Shown one piece after another: positions 48,898 to 57,800 of a stretch of DNA of 64,000 nucleotides. The position numbers and the translations under genes were made by a program. The stretch's first letter is position 1, and each line of letters begins with the position of its first letter. Origin of the DNA: Candidatus Latescibacterota bacterium (GTDB lineage: Bacteria > Latescibacterota > UBA2968 > GCA-2709665); assembly GCA_965237675.1 (NCBI GenBank), contig OZ250150.1, positions 2,816,001-2,880,000 on the forward strand. Direction: 5' to 3'. Below the pieces are notes generated by a model. That model did not search any database, was not told where the DNA came from, and saw only the letters and a list, made by a program, of their open reading frames with translations.

Positions 48898-50193
48898 GTG
48901 AATACGGCTCGATCCACAGAGCTTTTTGAAGCGAGTTCCCGCTACCTCGCAATGGGTGTGTCGTCCGGGATGAGGCGCACCGTGACCTCGCCGCCGCTAT
49001 TCTTTGAGCGTGCGGAGGGGCCGTACTACTATGACGTGGACGGGAACAGATTGTTGGACTATACATTGGCGTGGGGGCCGTTGATCCTCGGGTCGAACCA
49101 TCCGGAGTTGAACGCGGCGGTGACGGCGGCGGTTCAGAATTCCTATACCCTGGGCGCCCAGCATCCGGGCGAGGTTGTATTCGCGAAACGACTCGTGGAA
49201 ACGCTGCCGGGCGTGGAACAGGTGATTTTTTCCAATACGGGCTCCGAGGCCGTTCAGGCGGCGCTACGGCTTGCCCGCGCGACAACCGGACGGACCAAGT
49301 TCGTCAAATTCGAGGGGCATTACCATGGCTGGTTGAACAATATTCTGGTGAGCTACCACGAACCCGACGAGACGCTTGGCCCACCGGAAGCCCCCAGGGC
49401 GGTGCCCGCCTGCGGCGGACAGCCCGCGGCCGAATACGCGGAGACCATAACGCTGCCCTGGAACCGGCTGGATCTGTTGGAACGCGTGTTTGCCGAAAGG
49501 GGTACGGAAATTGCCGCTGTGATTACCGAGCCGATACTGGCCAACTCCGGATCCATCATGCCTGCCGAGGGGTTTCTGGAGGGGGTGGTCGACCTCTGTC
49601 GACGCCATGGCGCGGTTTCGATATTCGATGAGGTCATTACCGGGTTTCGTCTTGCCCTGGGCGGTGCGCGGGAATATTTCGGAGTTATCCCTGACCTTTC
49701 GGTCTACGCGAAGGCGTTGGCCGGCGGTTTTACCCTGTCCGCGGTGGCGGGATCGCGGAGGATGTTTGACGTGCTCAGGGAGGGGGCGACGATTCACGCG
49801 GGGACTTATAACGGAAGCACGGTCAATCTCGCCGCCGGGCTTGCGACGGTCAGGGTCCTGAGCGCCAATCCCCAGGCCTTCCGGCAAATGCATGCGCACG
49901 GGGATGCCATACGTCAGACGATTGAAGGGGCGGCGGCTTCGCGGGCTATCCCTGTTTGCGTTTCGGGAGTGGGCACGGTCTTCAACGTTCATTTTGGCGT
50001 TGAGTCCCTGCCTGTGCACTATCGGGACCTGAAAGCCACGGATATGCGGCTTTACACGCGGTTCAGGGAAGGTATGCTGGAGGCGGGCATTCAATTGTTG
50101 CCCGACGGCCGCTGGTATGTGGGGCTCACCCACGGAGAGGCAGAATTGAAACTGGTACGAACAGCGGTCCGGTCGGTTGTCGCTGCGCTCTAG
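48898..50193 (+). CDS. Class III PLP aminotransferase (glutamate-1-semialdehyde aminomutase-like)
   Basis: DVDGN, WGPLILG, NTGSEA, KFEGHYHG, IFDEVITGFR, AKALAGG, HAGTYNG. Confidence 0.9.
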   Translation: MNTARSTELFEASSRYLAMGVSSGMRRTVTSPPLFFERAEGPYYYDVDGNRLLDYTLAWGPLILGSNHPELNAAVTAAVQNSYTLGAQHPGEVVFAKRLVETLPGVEQVIFSNTGSEAVQAALRLARATTGRTKFVKFEGHYHGWLNNILVSYHEPDETLGPPEAPRAVPACGGQPAAEYAETITLPWNRLDLLERVFAERGTEIAAVITEPILANSGSIMPAEGFLEGVVDLCRRHGAVSIFDEVITGFRLALGGAREYFGVIPDLSVYAKALAGGFTLSAVAGSRRMFDVLREGATIHAGTYNGSTVNLAAGLATVRVLSANPQAFRQMHAHGDAIRQTIEGAAASRAIPVCVSGVGTVFNVHFGVESLPVHYRDLKATDMRLYTRFREGMLEAGIQLLPDGRWYVGLTHGEAELKLVRTAVRSVVAAL

Positions 50194-50380
50194 TGTCCCG
50201 TCCCAGAAATATGTCACCATTCTTCCAACGATTCATCCCGTCTCGCTTCGTTGCTTGCGCTGAGCTTGTCGAAGTGCCTTCGCTCGCCGACCTTGCGCAG
50301 GTCGCCTTGCTCAGGCGCCTTGCCAGCCGGGCGACTCGTCGGCCGAATTCAGGCAATCTATTTCCGGGACAGAACACTAG
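50190..50380 (-). mobile_element. MITE-like element copy 3 (longest, inverted), flanked by CTAG on both sides
   Basis: CTAGTGTCCCGTCCCAGAAATA ... TATTTCCGGGACAGAACACTAG; 19-bp TIRs with 3 mismatches; sits on the aminotransferase TAG stop. Confidence 0.8.
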
Positions 50381-50520
50381 GACAATCTGTCCGCGCTGGA
50401 TTTAAGGGTCAAAGGCCTTGACAATGGGGAGGCGTTGTGGTAAAATCTCAAAGGGGACGCGCATAACGGTTCTTTTGTGGAGTACCCTACGCTTAGACGG
50501 GAATCTGGAGGAAAAGGGAC

Positions 50521-51297
50521 ATGGGGATGGATGACATTCAGCCTCTTCTCGATAGCTGGCCATACGAGCCCGATAAACTCTGTGTCAGGCGCATCAAGGG
50601 GACGGATGGTCAGGAGAAAATTCAACTCCGGGTGGAGATGGGGATTTTACAGATGGAAGTCGCCGGCCGCCCGGACGGGCAGCGTCCCCACGGGCATGAA
50701 TCGTTGCTCCGATACTATAAGGCAAAGGTTGGGGCGTCACTGCCGGATTCGAAGTCGTTTAAACTCGATCCCGAGGTTTGCCTTGCGCTTCAGGTCGAAG
50801 GCCTTCAGTATTACCATCGGCGGATCAGCTTTCTGGAATTGGGAGAATATCGACTGGCCCAGGAGGACGCTCAGCGAAACCTCGACATGTTTGATTTCGT
50901 CAAGGAATACGCGCGTGAAGAAGAAGATAGCCTGGCTCTTGAGCAATACAGGCCATTCGTTATTGGCCATCGCGTGCGTGCGGCTGTTCTGCAGGAACTG
51001 GAGGCGGAGGATTTCGATGGTGCGCTTCTGGAAATCAACACCGGTATCGAAGAGATTCAGGGTTTTTTCAAAGAGTACGACCGGCCCGACCTGGTGGAAG
51101 ACAGTGAAGAGGTAGTATTCTTGAAGGAATGGGCGGATGAGATTCGCAAGGATCGGCCCAGGCCGCTGTTTCAGGACCTCAAGGAACAACTCAGCGACGC
51201 TGTTGCCATTGAAGATTTCGAACGCGCCGCACAGCTTCGGGACCAGCTCCGGGCGCTTTCGCCCAGAGCGGACCAGAAGTCCGGATCCCGCAAATAG
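50521..51297 (+). CDS. Conserved protein with C-terminal UvrB/UvrC (UVR) motif
   Basis: IQLRVEMGILQMEVAGRPDGQRPHG, QYYHRR; C-terminal LSDAVAIEDFERAAQLRDQLR. Confidence 0.8.
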   Translation: MGMDDIQPLLDSWPYEPDKLCVRRIKGTDGQEKIQLRVEMGILQMEVAGRPDGQRPHGHESLLRYYKAKVGASLPDSKSFKLDPEVCLALQVEGLQYYHRRISFLELGEYRLAQEDAQRNLDMFDFVKEYAREEEDSLALEQYRPFVIGHRVRAAVLQELEAEDFDGALLEINTGIEEIQGFFKEYDRPDLVEDSEEVVFLKEWADEIRKDRPRPLFQDLKEQLSDAVAIEDFERAAQLRDQLRALSPRADQKSGSRK

Positions 51298-51344
51298 GGT
51301 TCGGCGCCCGGCACCCCGCGCCTGCCCGGAAAGGGTCTGACCTA

Positions 51345-52646
51345 TTGGCAGTGCATGAAGTAATGATAGCCAGGGAGCCGGAACGCGCGATTCTGGTGGG
51401 GATTGCGCTTCCGAACAATTCATCCTGGGATACAGAGGACACGTTGAATGAACTTGCGCTGCTCGCCGATACGGCGGGCGCGCAGGTTGTGGACCGGATG
51501 GTGCAGGAGCGAGAAAGCATCGATCCGGCATTTTTTATCGGTCGGGGTAAAGCCGAGGAACTCGCGCACCGCGTGAAACAACAGAATGCGCAGGTGGTGA
51601 TTTTTGACGATGACCTGTCACCTGCCCAGCTCAAGAATCTGGAGGAATTGGCGGGAGTCAACGTAATCGACCGGAGCCGACTGATTCTGGACATTTTTGC
51701 CGGTCGCGCAAAAACCCGCGAGGCCCAGACGCAGGTGGAACTGGCACAGCTCAACTATCTGTTGCCGCGTCTGACGCGTCAATGGACGCATCTGTCGCGC
51801 CAGGCCGGCCACGGGGGGACAACAGGCGGAATAGGTACGCGGGGCCCGGGAGAGACTCAGTTGGAGGTGGACCGCCGGGCACTGCGGAGTCGTATCGGGG
51901 TATTGACCAAAGCGCTGAAAAGGATCGCCCGGCGGCGTGTGCTGGAGCGACAACAGCGTTCGGATACATTTCGTGTTTCTCTGGTGGGCTATACGAATGC
52001 GGGCAAATCAACGCTGATGCGCGCGCTTTCCGGCGCCGATGTACTGGTGGAAGACCGCCTGTTCGCAACGCTGGACTCCACGACCCGTAGAGTGTATCTG
52101 GGATACAATCGTGAGATACTACTTACCGATACGGTCGGGTTCATTCGGAAGCTGCCACATCACCTTGTCGCCTCCTTCAGAAGCACGCTTGAGGAGGCGG
52201 TGGATGCGGACCTGCTATTGCATGTTGTCGATGTGAGCCATCCCAAGTGCGAGGATCAGATTGCAGCGGTGTTTGAAACACTCCAGGGATTGGGCATTGG
52301 GGAATACCCAACGTTGATGGCTTTTAACAAGATCGACCGGCTTCACGATCCCGGCGTACAGAGGCGTCTGCAGACCGAGTTTCCAGACGGCATCTGGATT
52401 TCGGCACAGAAGGCCCGGGGGTTGGACGAACTGCGATGGGCGATCTACGACCGGCTCGAGGGCGAGCGCACGGTGTTGCATTTGCGCATTCCCCAGTCGG
52501 AAGGAAAGCTCGTTTCAGAACTGTATCGAGTGGGTGAAATTCTAAGTACGGCCTATGAAGGAAACGATGTGTTTCTGGAAATCAAGCTGAGCCTTCAAAA
52601 TGCCAGGCAACTCGTGCCGGACGGAAGGTTTCGGATTAAGCGGTGA
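51345..52646 (+). CDS. hflX: GTPase HflX
   Basis: GRGKAEE, LSPAQ, LILDIFA, RGPGETQLE.DRR, GYTNAGKST, LFATLD, DTVGFI, NKID. Confidence 0.97.
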   Translation: MAVHEVMIAREPERAILVGIALPNNSSWDTEDTLNELALLADTAGAQVVDRMVQERESIDPAFFIGRGKAEELAHRVKQQNAQVVIFDDDLSPAQLKNLEELAGVNVIDRSRLILDIFAGRAKTREAQTQVELAQLNYLLPRLTRQWTHLSRQAGHGGTTGGIGTRGPGETQLEVDRRALRSRIGVLTKALKRIARRRVLERQQRSDTFRVSLVGYTNAGKSTLMRALSGADVLVEDRLFATLDSTTRRVYLGYNREILLTDTVGFIRKLPHHLVASFRSTLEEAVDADLLLHVVDVSHPKCEDQIAAVFETLQGLGIGEYPTLMAFNKIDRLHDPGVQRRLQTEFPDGIWISAQKARGLDELRWAIYDRLEGERTVLHLRIPQSEGKLVSELYRVGEILSTAYEGNDVFLEIKLSLQNARQLVPDGRFRIKR

Positions 52647-52797
52647 ACCGAAGATCCGCCAGTCCTGCCGAAATTTGGTCCACGCGGCGGATTGCGAAGT
52701 TGGTGTTTAAATTCGGGTAAATTGAACAGGCGTTCGCGGAGAGGAACCGTGAACGCCCATTTTCTGTAGAACCGGTGTCTGCGGATGCGCGTGGCTT

Positions 52798-53217
52798 TCA
52801 GCCCTCCGCTTCTTCTGTTTCAGTCGGTTGGGATTCATGGGTGTCAACCTCCGGTGATGACTCATCTTCGCCTCCGGCGGCGCACTTCCCCTTGATGATG
52901 GCCCCTTCTTCCACGATGATCGATCGTGCGGAAATCTCTCCCGTGAAAACGGCGCTGGCTTCCAGTTTGACACATCCCTTGGCTTCCATTCTACCCGTGA
53001 CTTCCCCGCCAATTACCGCGTCCCGGACACGAACGAACTCGGCTTCCACCTTGCCGGAAGGCCCGATGACAAGGGTGCCGGCGGCGTATAACTCGCCCTT
53101 GAGCGTTCCGTCCAATCTGATGCTTTCTTCGGTCTTTACACAGCCTTCCAAAACTGTGTTCTTGCCAATCACCGTCTTGATGGCTTCCTTTTCCATCTTT
53201 TGTTTGAAAGCTAACAT
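52798..53217 (-). CDS. Bactofilin (polymer-forming cytoskeletal protein)
   Basis: TVIGKNTVLEG...IRLDG...LVIGPSGKV..A.IGGEVTG...G.I....I.VEEGA.I.G beta-helix repeats. Confidence 0.92.
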   Translation of the reverse strand: MLAFKQKMEKEAIKTVIGKNTVLEGCVKTEESIRLDGTLKGELYAAGTLVIGPSGKVEAEFVRVRDAVIGGEVTGRMEAKGCVKLEASAVFTGEISARSIIVEEGAIIKGKCAAGGEDESSPEVDTHESQPTETEEAEG

Positions 53218-53364
53218 GCCTATGCCCGCTCGTGAGTGTCCTTACTGCTCAAGAAGTATGTTCCGTGGATTCCTGTTTCCGCGACGTTCCGAAATTCCGG
53301 TTCGGAAAGGCGGGCCGCTGCTACGATCGGTCGTTCCGACAGACAAAACCCATCGACTCCGAAT

Positions 53365-53802
53365 TCATCTGGCATCCGCGGAATCGCGAGGAGATGCGGA
53401 TGGGCGTTCAGGCGTGGTGGCTACGGGCGCGCCTTCTGTTCCATTTTCCTGCGGTCCCGTCGGATTCCCATAGGCAGCCGGCGCCAACCCGGCGTTGGGT
53501 GACAGCATTTGGCGCAGTCTCTGATCGGTTCCCTGGATTCGCTTCAGCATGAGCGCCAGTTCCTCAACGCGGGCGACTTCGGCGTTCAGCCGGCTGTTTT
53601 CTACCATGAGTGTCTGTGCCGACTGTCTCCACTCTCGAATCTTCCAGAAGAAGGCGACTTCCAGGACGAGCATGATGAGCAGCAGGAGGAGGGCGGCGGC
53701 GGCGGCCCTTAGCCGCCAGTAACCGAGCTTGAACACCCGGGTGCGCGAACCGTCGTCGGGGACAAACAGAACCGACATCTGTCTGCGGCGTTGTCTGGCC
53801 AC
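53365..53802 (-). CDS. Membrane/coiled-coil protein resembling the N-terminal half of an M23 peptidase (catalytic domain lost)
   Basis: SVLFVPDDGSRTRVFKL + TM + coiled coil; GTG after AAGGAGA; a degenerate M23 tail follows in frame after the TGA. Confidence 0.65.
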   Translation of the reverse strand: MARQRRRQMSVLFVPDDGSRTRVFKLGYWRLRAAAAALLLLLIMLVLEVAFFWKIREWRQSAQTLMVENSRLNAEVARVEELALMLKRIQGTDQRLRQMLSPNAGLAPAAYGNPTGPQENGTEGAPVATTPERPSASPRDSADAR

Positions 53803-54062
53803 GCGTGTGGTCTCCTTCTCGGGTGAATTCAAATTCCATGCTGCAATCGACCGGTGTCGTGGGGTTCGGCAGGTAGCTGATGGCGATGGAGCTAACGCTT
53901 TAACGGGTTTCCGGGGTTCACCCGGCCCTGAAGCCCATATGGCGTCCTTATTGAGGTTAGGTCCTGGGCTCGCCTTTGTCAAGTGATTTTAGATGGGGCA
54001 CCGTCCGTTGACGGCGATCGATCTTCAAAGTTCCGATTGGCGCCACCCCTGAATATTCCCAT

Positions 54063-54236
54063 TCATGCGCGTTTCTGCAGCAGCCATCCGGCCACGAACA
54101 TCAGACCGCCGATGCCGGCAAAGCGCAACTCCCGGCCGATGTCCTCTTCGTATAGGCCGACAAACAGGCCGTACCCCATATAAATGAGACCGGCAAGCTG
54201 CAGGGTGCGAGCAAGCAGACGCATTGAAAGACCCAT
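54063..54236 (-). CDS. Small two-TM membrane protein
   Basis: MGLSMRLLARTLQLAGLIYMGYGLFVG...FAGIGGLMFVAGWLLQ; strong RBS GGAGGAGG. Confidence 0.7.
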   Translation of the reverse strand: MGLSMRLLARTLQLAGLIYMGYGLFVGLYEEDIGRELRFAGIGGLMFVAGWLLQKRA

Positions 54237-54820
54237 CCCCGCCTCCTCCCGTCTGATCCGCGTTTCCCGACGGAAGAATCGGGGAAAGCGTGCCGTGTAC
54301 ACTCGGAACATTAAGAACTCGCCGTCAATCCGTCAATAGCCCATTTCAACATCGCGGCTGAAGCGGCGCCGCCGAGTTCTGCGAAACAGGATACGCCCGT
54401 CCCGGGACGAATGAGACGGCATTCGGCACCAGCCGTAGTCCGGCTTCCCGACCGGGTTAAGGTGTTCCAAAACGCAAACCAACCGAATGAGCGAAGGTGA
54501 AAAGATCCGGATGCGGAAACGCGAAAGCCGACATCGCAAGATATCGGCTTTCGATTGCATGGATCGAGAAAAGCGGTATTATCTCCCAAAATACACAACA
54601 CTGATACTTCAAACGACCACACTTTAGACCCCAAAACGCCGATCTGTTCAGCAACATCAATACTCGCTTATTTTAGGGCCAACACCACATGTGTCCAAAA
54701 ACGCCTATTTAGGCCAAATTTCGAACCTGATGTCTAAAAATCCAACGGTTCTTGGACAGCATTGGGCTAACACGAAACCTTCATAGCCCCCCTTTCGGCG
54801 GGGACTCAAGATTTCGTCTA

Positions 54821-57800
54821 TCATGCCCAAAGCCAATCCAACTCGGAGAAAGCAAGCTTCCGGTCGAAGTTCTCGATGTTGTCTCGAACGTTGAGGATCA
54901 GGCAGCGCTGATCGCCACCATTCAAAGGTCCCCGTAAACCCCTGCCTATCATCTGGAAATATAGGTTTGGGCTGTAGACTGGCCGCGCCACGATGATGGC
55001 ACGAGTCTTGGGAGCGTCGAAACCCTCACGGAATACTCCGTAGTTGACAAGTGCCCTTACCTCGCGGTTACGAAACTCTTCAACCACACGGCGGCGGGTC
55101 GCTGCCGCTGTCGTTCCACTGACCGCACGTGACCGGATTCCCCTTCGGTTGAGGAGTGCTGCCAAAGTCTGCGCGTGCTCGACCGATGTCGCAAAGATTA
55201 GTGTTGGCCATTCCGGATCAATATGTGATTCATACGCTTCGATGATGCGTTTGGTTCGCTCGGCGCTCTGAGCGATGCGCTCCTCCACGCTCTGGGGAAG
55301 CCAAGGTAGTGCCAGCCATTCGTTTAGTTTCCGTTCCATTTCTTCCTTGTCCAGCGAGCCATCCAGGATCTCGTCGATCGGGAACGTCTCGCCCTCAATG
55401 GTCTCGTGATCGGCTTGGGCAAGCACACCCATGTTTTGCAACTCGCGGATGACTGCGTCCGGCTCGTCGCTAGCGAACGCTCCTGAGTCCAGTCGCCTGT
55501 TTCCATAGCGACGAACGAGTCTCTTGGTCTCCTCCTCGTTACGTCCGCGATAGGGCGTAGCGGTGAGGCCAAGCATAAACGGCTCTTCCGCTCTTTGAAA
55601 ACGCGTCAATCCGATATCCTGCAATACCGACGTGAAGGTCGGAGCTATGGACCGATGTGCCTCATCGAAAACAACCAAATTAAAGTTGGCCAAAAACCTG
55701 TAGTCTTCTGTTTGGGTCGAGAGTCTCGCTTTAATTGTCTGGATGGTCGCGACGATGACATGAAGTTCGCTCGTCGGCTGTGGCCTCTCTAACCCGCCCC
55801 ACATTCTGGAAGTACGTAGCCGAACCGCTTGCATGCCTATGCTTGACCAAACCTGCCGCCACGCTTCCACGGCTTGCTCGCACAGTTCGTCGCGGTCCGC
55901 GACCCAAAGGACCCCGCCACTAAAACCTTCATCACGCATGGCTTCGACGATTGCCTGCACGGCGACGCGGGTTTTTCCGGATCCCGTCGGCAGACTCATT
56001 ATTCCGCGTCGCTTGGATTCATCCCCGTGTTCGCTACGCAACATTTCCCGGACATTGTCGACAATGGTCCGCTGGTAGACATGAAGGTTCGGAAGCGAGA
56101 ACGGGCCTTCGATCTCCAGAAAGGGATCGCGCTTCCCGTCCCGCTCTCCGGCCCATTCGGCGGAGAATCCGAGGGACCGCACGAAGTCCACGGCCCGCTG
56201 CGAGCCAGCCCATTGTGACGGCGGATCGAAACGATCCAACCCCCACCTGTATTGCTTGAGCGCGTCGGTGTGCCAAGTAGCAATGGCAGCTTCGGCGATA
56301 TCAACACTCGTCAGTGCGACGCCGTCGCTCTCGAGTACACCCAGAAGGGAGTCGGGAAGACCTGCGCGCAACGTTTCTTCACCCACCGCAGCTAGAAGCC
56401 GTTCAGCGTCGGTCGTATACTGCCGAACTCTCTCACGTCTCTCCTCGATCTCCTGCGGCGTCTTGCGGTTCAGAATCTCGACGATTTTCTGAAGGCCTAT
56501 CCCAAGCTCCAGCTCGTCAACGACGAGCTGGAGCTTTCGTAACTCGTCATCACCAACGGTGTCGGCAAGAAAGATATCGGAGGCGTGTAGAACGCACTCG
56601 CGAGGTTGTCCAAGGACGAGTATTCGCTCGCATCGAATGAGATTGCACGTTCTCCGATGCGTTGGAAGACTTGGTCCCAGTCCCGGCCAAATGTCAGTCA
56701 AAGGGATAGGATCGCCTTCGCCATGAAATTCCGGTACTGGTTCGGCCAAATCAAAGGCGGCCTTGATCTTGTCAGCCTGCGGATGAGCTAGTAGGATGTG
56801 CAGGGCTTCCGGACTCTTCGGGTGCGGTCCAAGGGCGTATGCTAGCGGCACAATGCCGCTGGGGGTCCGGATTAGTCCATGCGTTCGAAGCATGTGTATT
56901 GTAAGCGACTCGTACTGCACACTTGGGTATGATCGTCGATTCGTTCCCGTATGTTGCATTGTCCAACGTTCGAAGGAAGCATCGAGACCCAACAGCGCGT
57001 CCGTGTAGAACGCGTTGCCCGTATCGGAAAGGGTCGCAAGAACGCTCAGCGGGCCGACACCCTCGGATGAAGTGAATTCCAGGTACCACCTATTTGGATT
57101 GTGTGGCAGATTGTCCTGTTGGGAATAACGCGTGCGGCAAGTATTGAGGAATGACCTGAACTGCGGTTCTAACGACAGTTCCCGGCCATCATGTGGGGCC
57201 TCTGTCAGACCAAGAACGCGTAACAGATGATCGTTCGCTTCATGGAATTCGGTGTTCACAGTGGTGTTTTCGTCCCGGCTCCCATCGTCCGGCACGATCT
57301 GACCCGGCAGCAATACAGAATGAGGAGGCTGCCAAGTTTCTGCCCGTGTACGCACTCGGAGTTCGGTGGGCCAAGTTTCTCTTCCATCCCAGTCCTTGTA
57401 CTCTCGAATAACATCGCTGGCCGCTCCCGGTGATAGCGTGCGCGCAGTGATCCAGAAGTCGCGATGAAGATCGTCTCCTAGTTCCTCACTGCTGTCGGTT
57501 TGAAGGATCCGCTGTGCGACCTGTCGAAACTTCCTTTCCGGGGAAGGCGGCCTGAGTCCCAATTTCTTAAGTGCGGTAAGCGTGTCACCGTCCACCACCA
57601 GTTCACGGTGGACGTATGACGCTTGGTCCGCAGTGCCGTCGCCATTCAGCGACTCATCAGGCAGGAAAAGATGATCGGGATCGGGCGATAGCCAATGGCC
57701 GCTTGCCGTCAGAACGATGTCGCCAAGTCCGTCGATTGACCTATGTTCGGTAGGTATTTCTGCGGCCGTCTGGATAGCGGCCATTGAAGCTCGAACGGCT

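Noticed and set aside
48898-50193. Calling the aminotransferase hemL
   Set aside because: It lacks typical HemL N-terminal GGVNSPVR and sits in a catabolic-looking operon, so only the family is supported
53874-53945. Fluoride-riboswitch-like GGCGATGGAG
   Set aside because: Lacks the TTCGCC pairing and downstream GCTGATGAC order, lies on the strand opposite the adjacent gene, and no crcB/eriC is nearby
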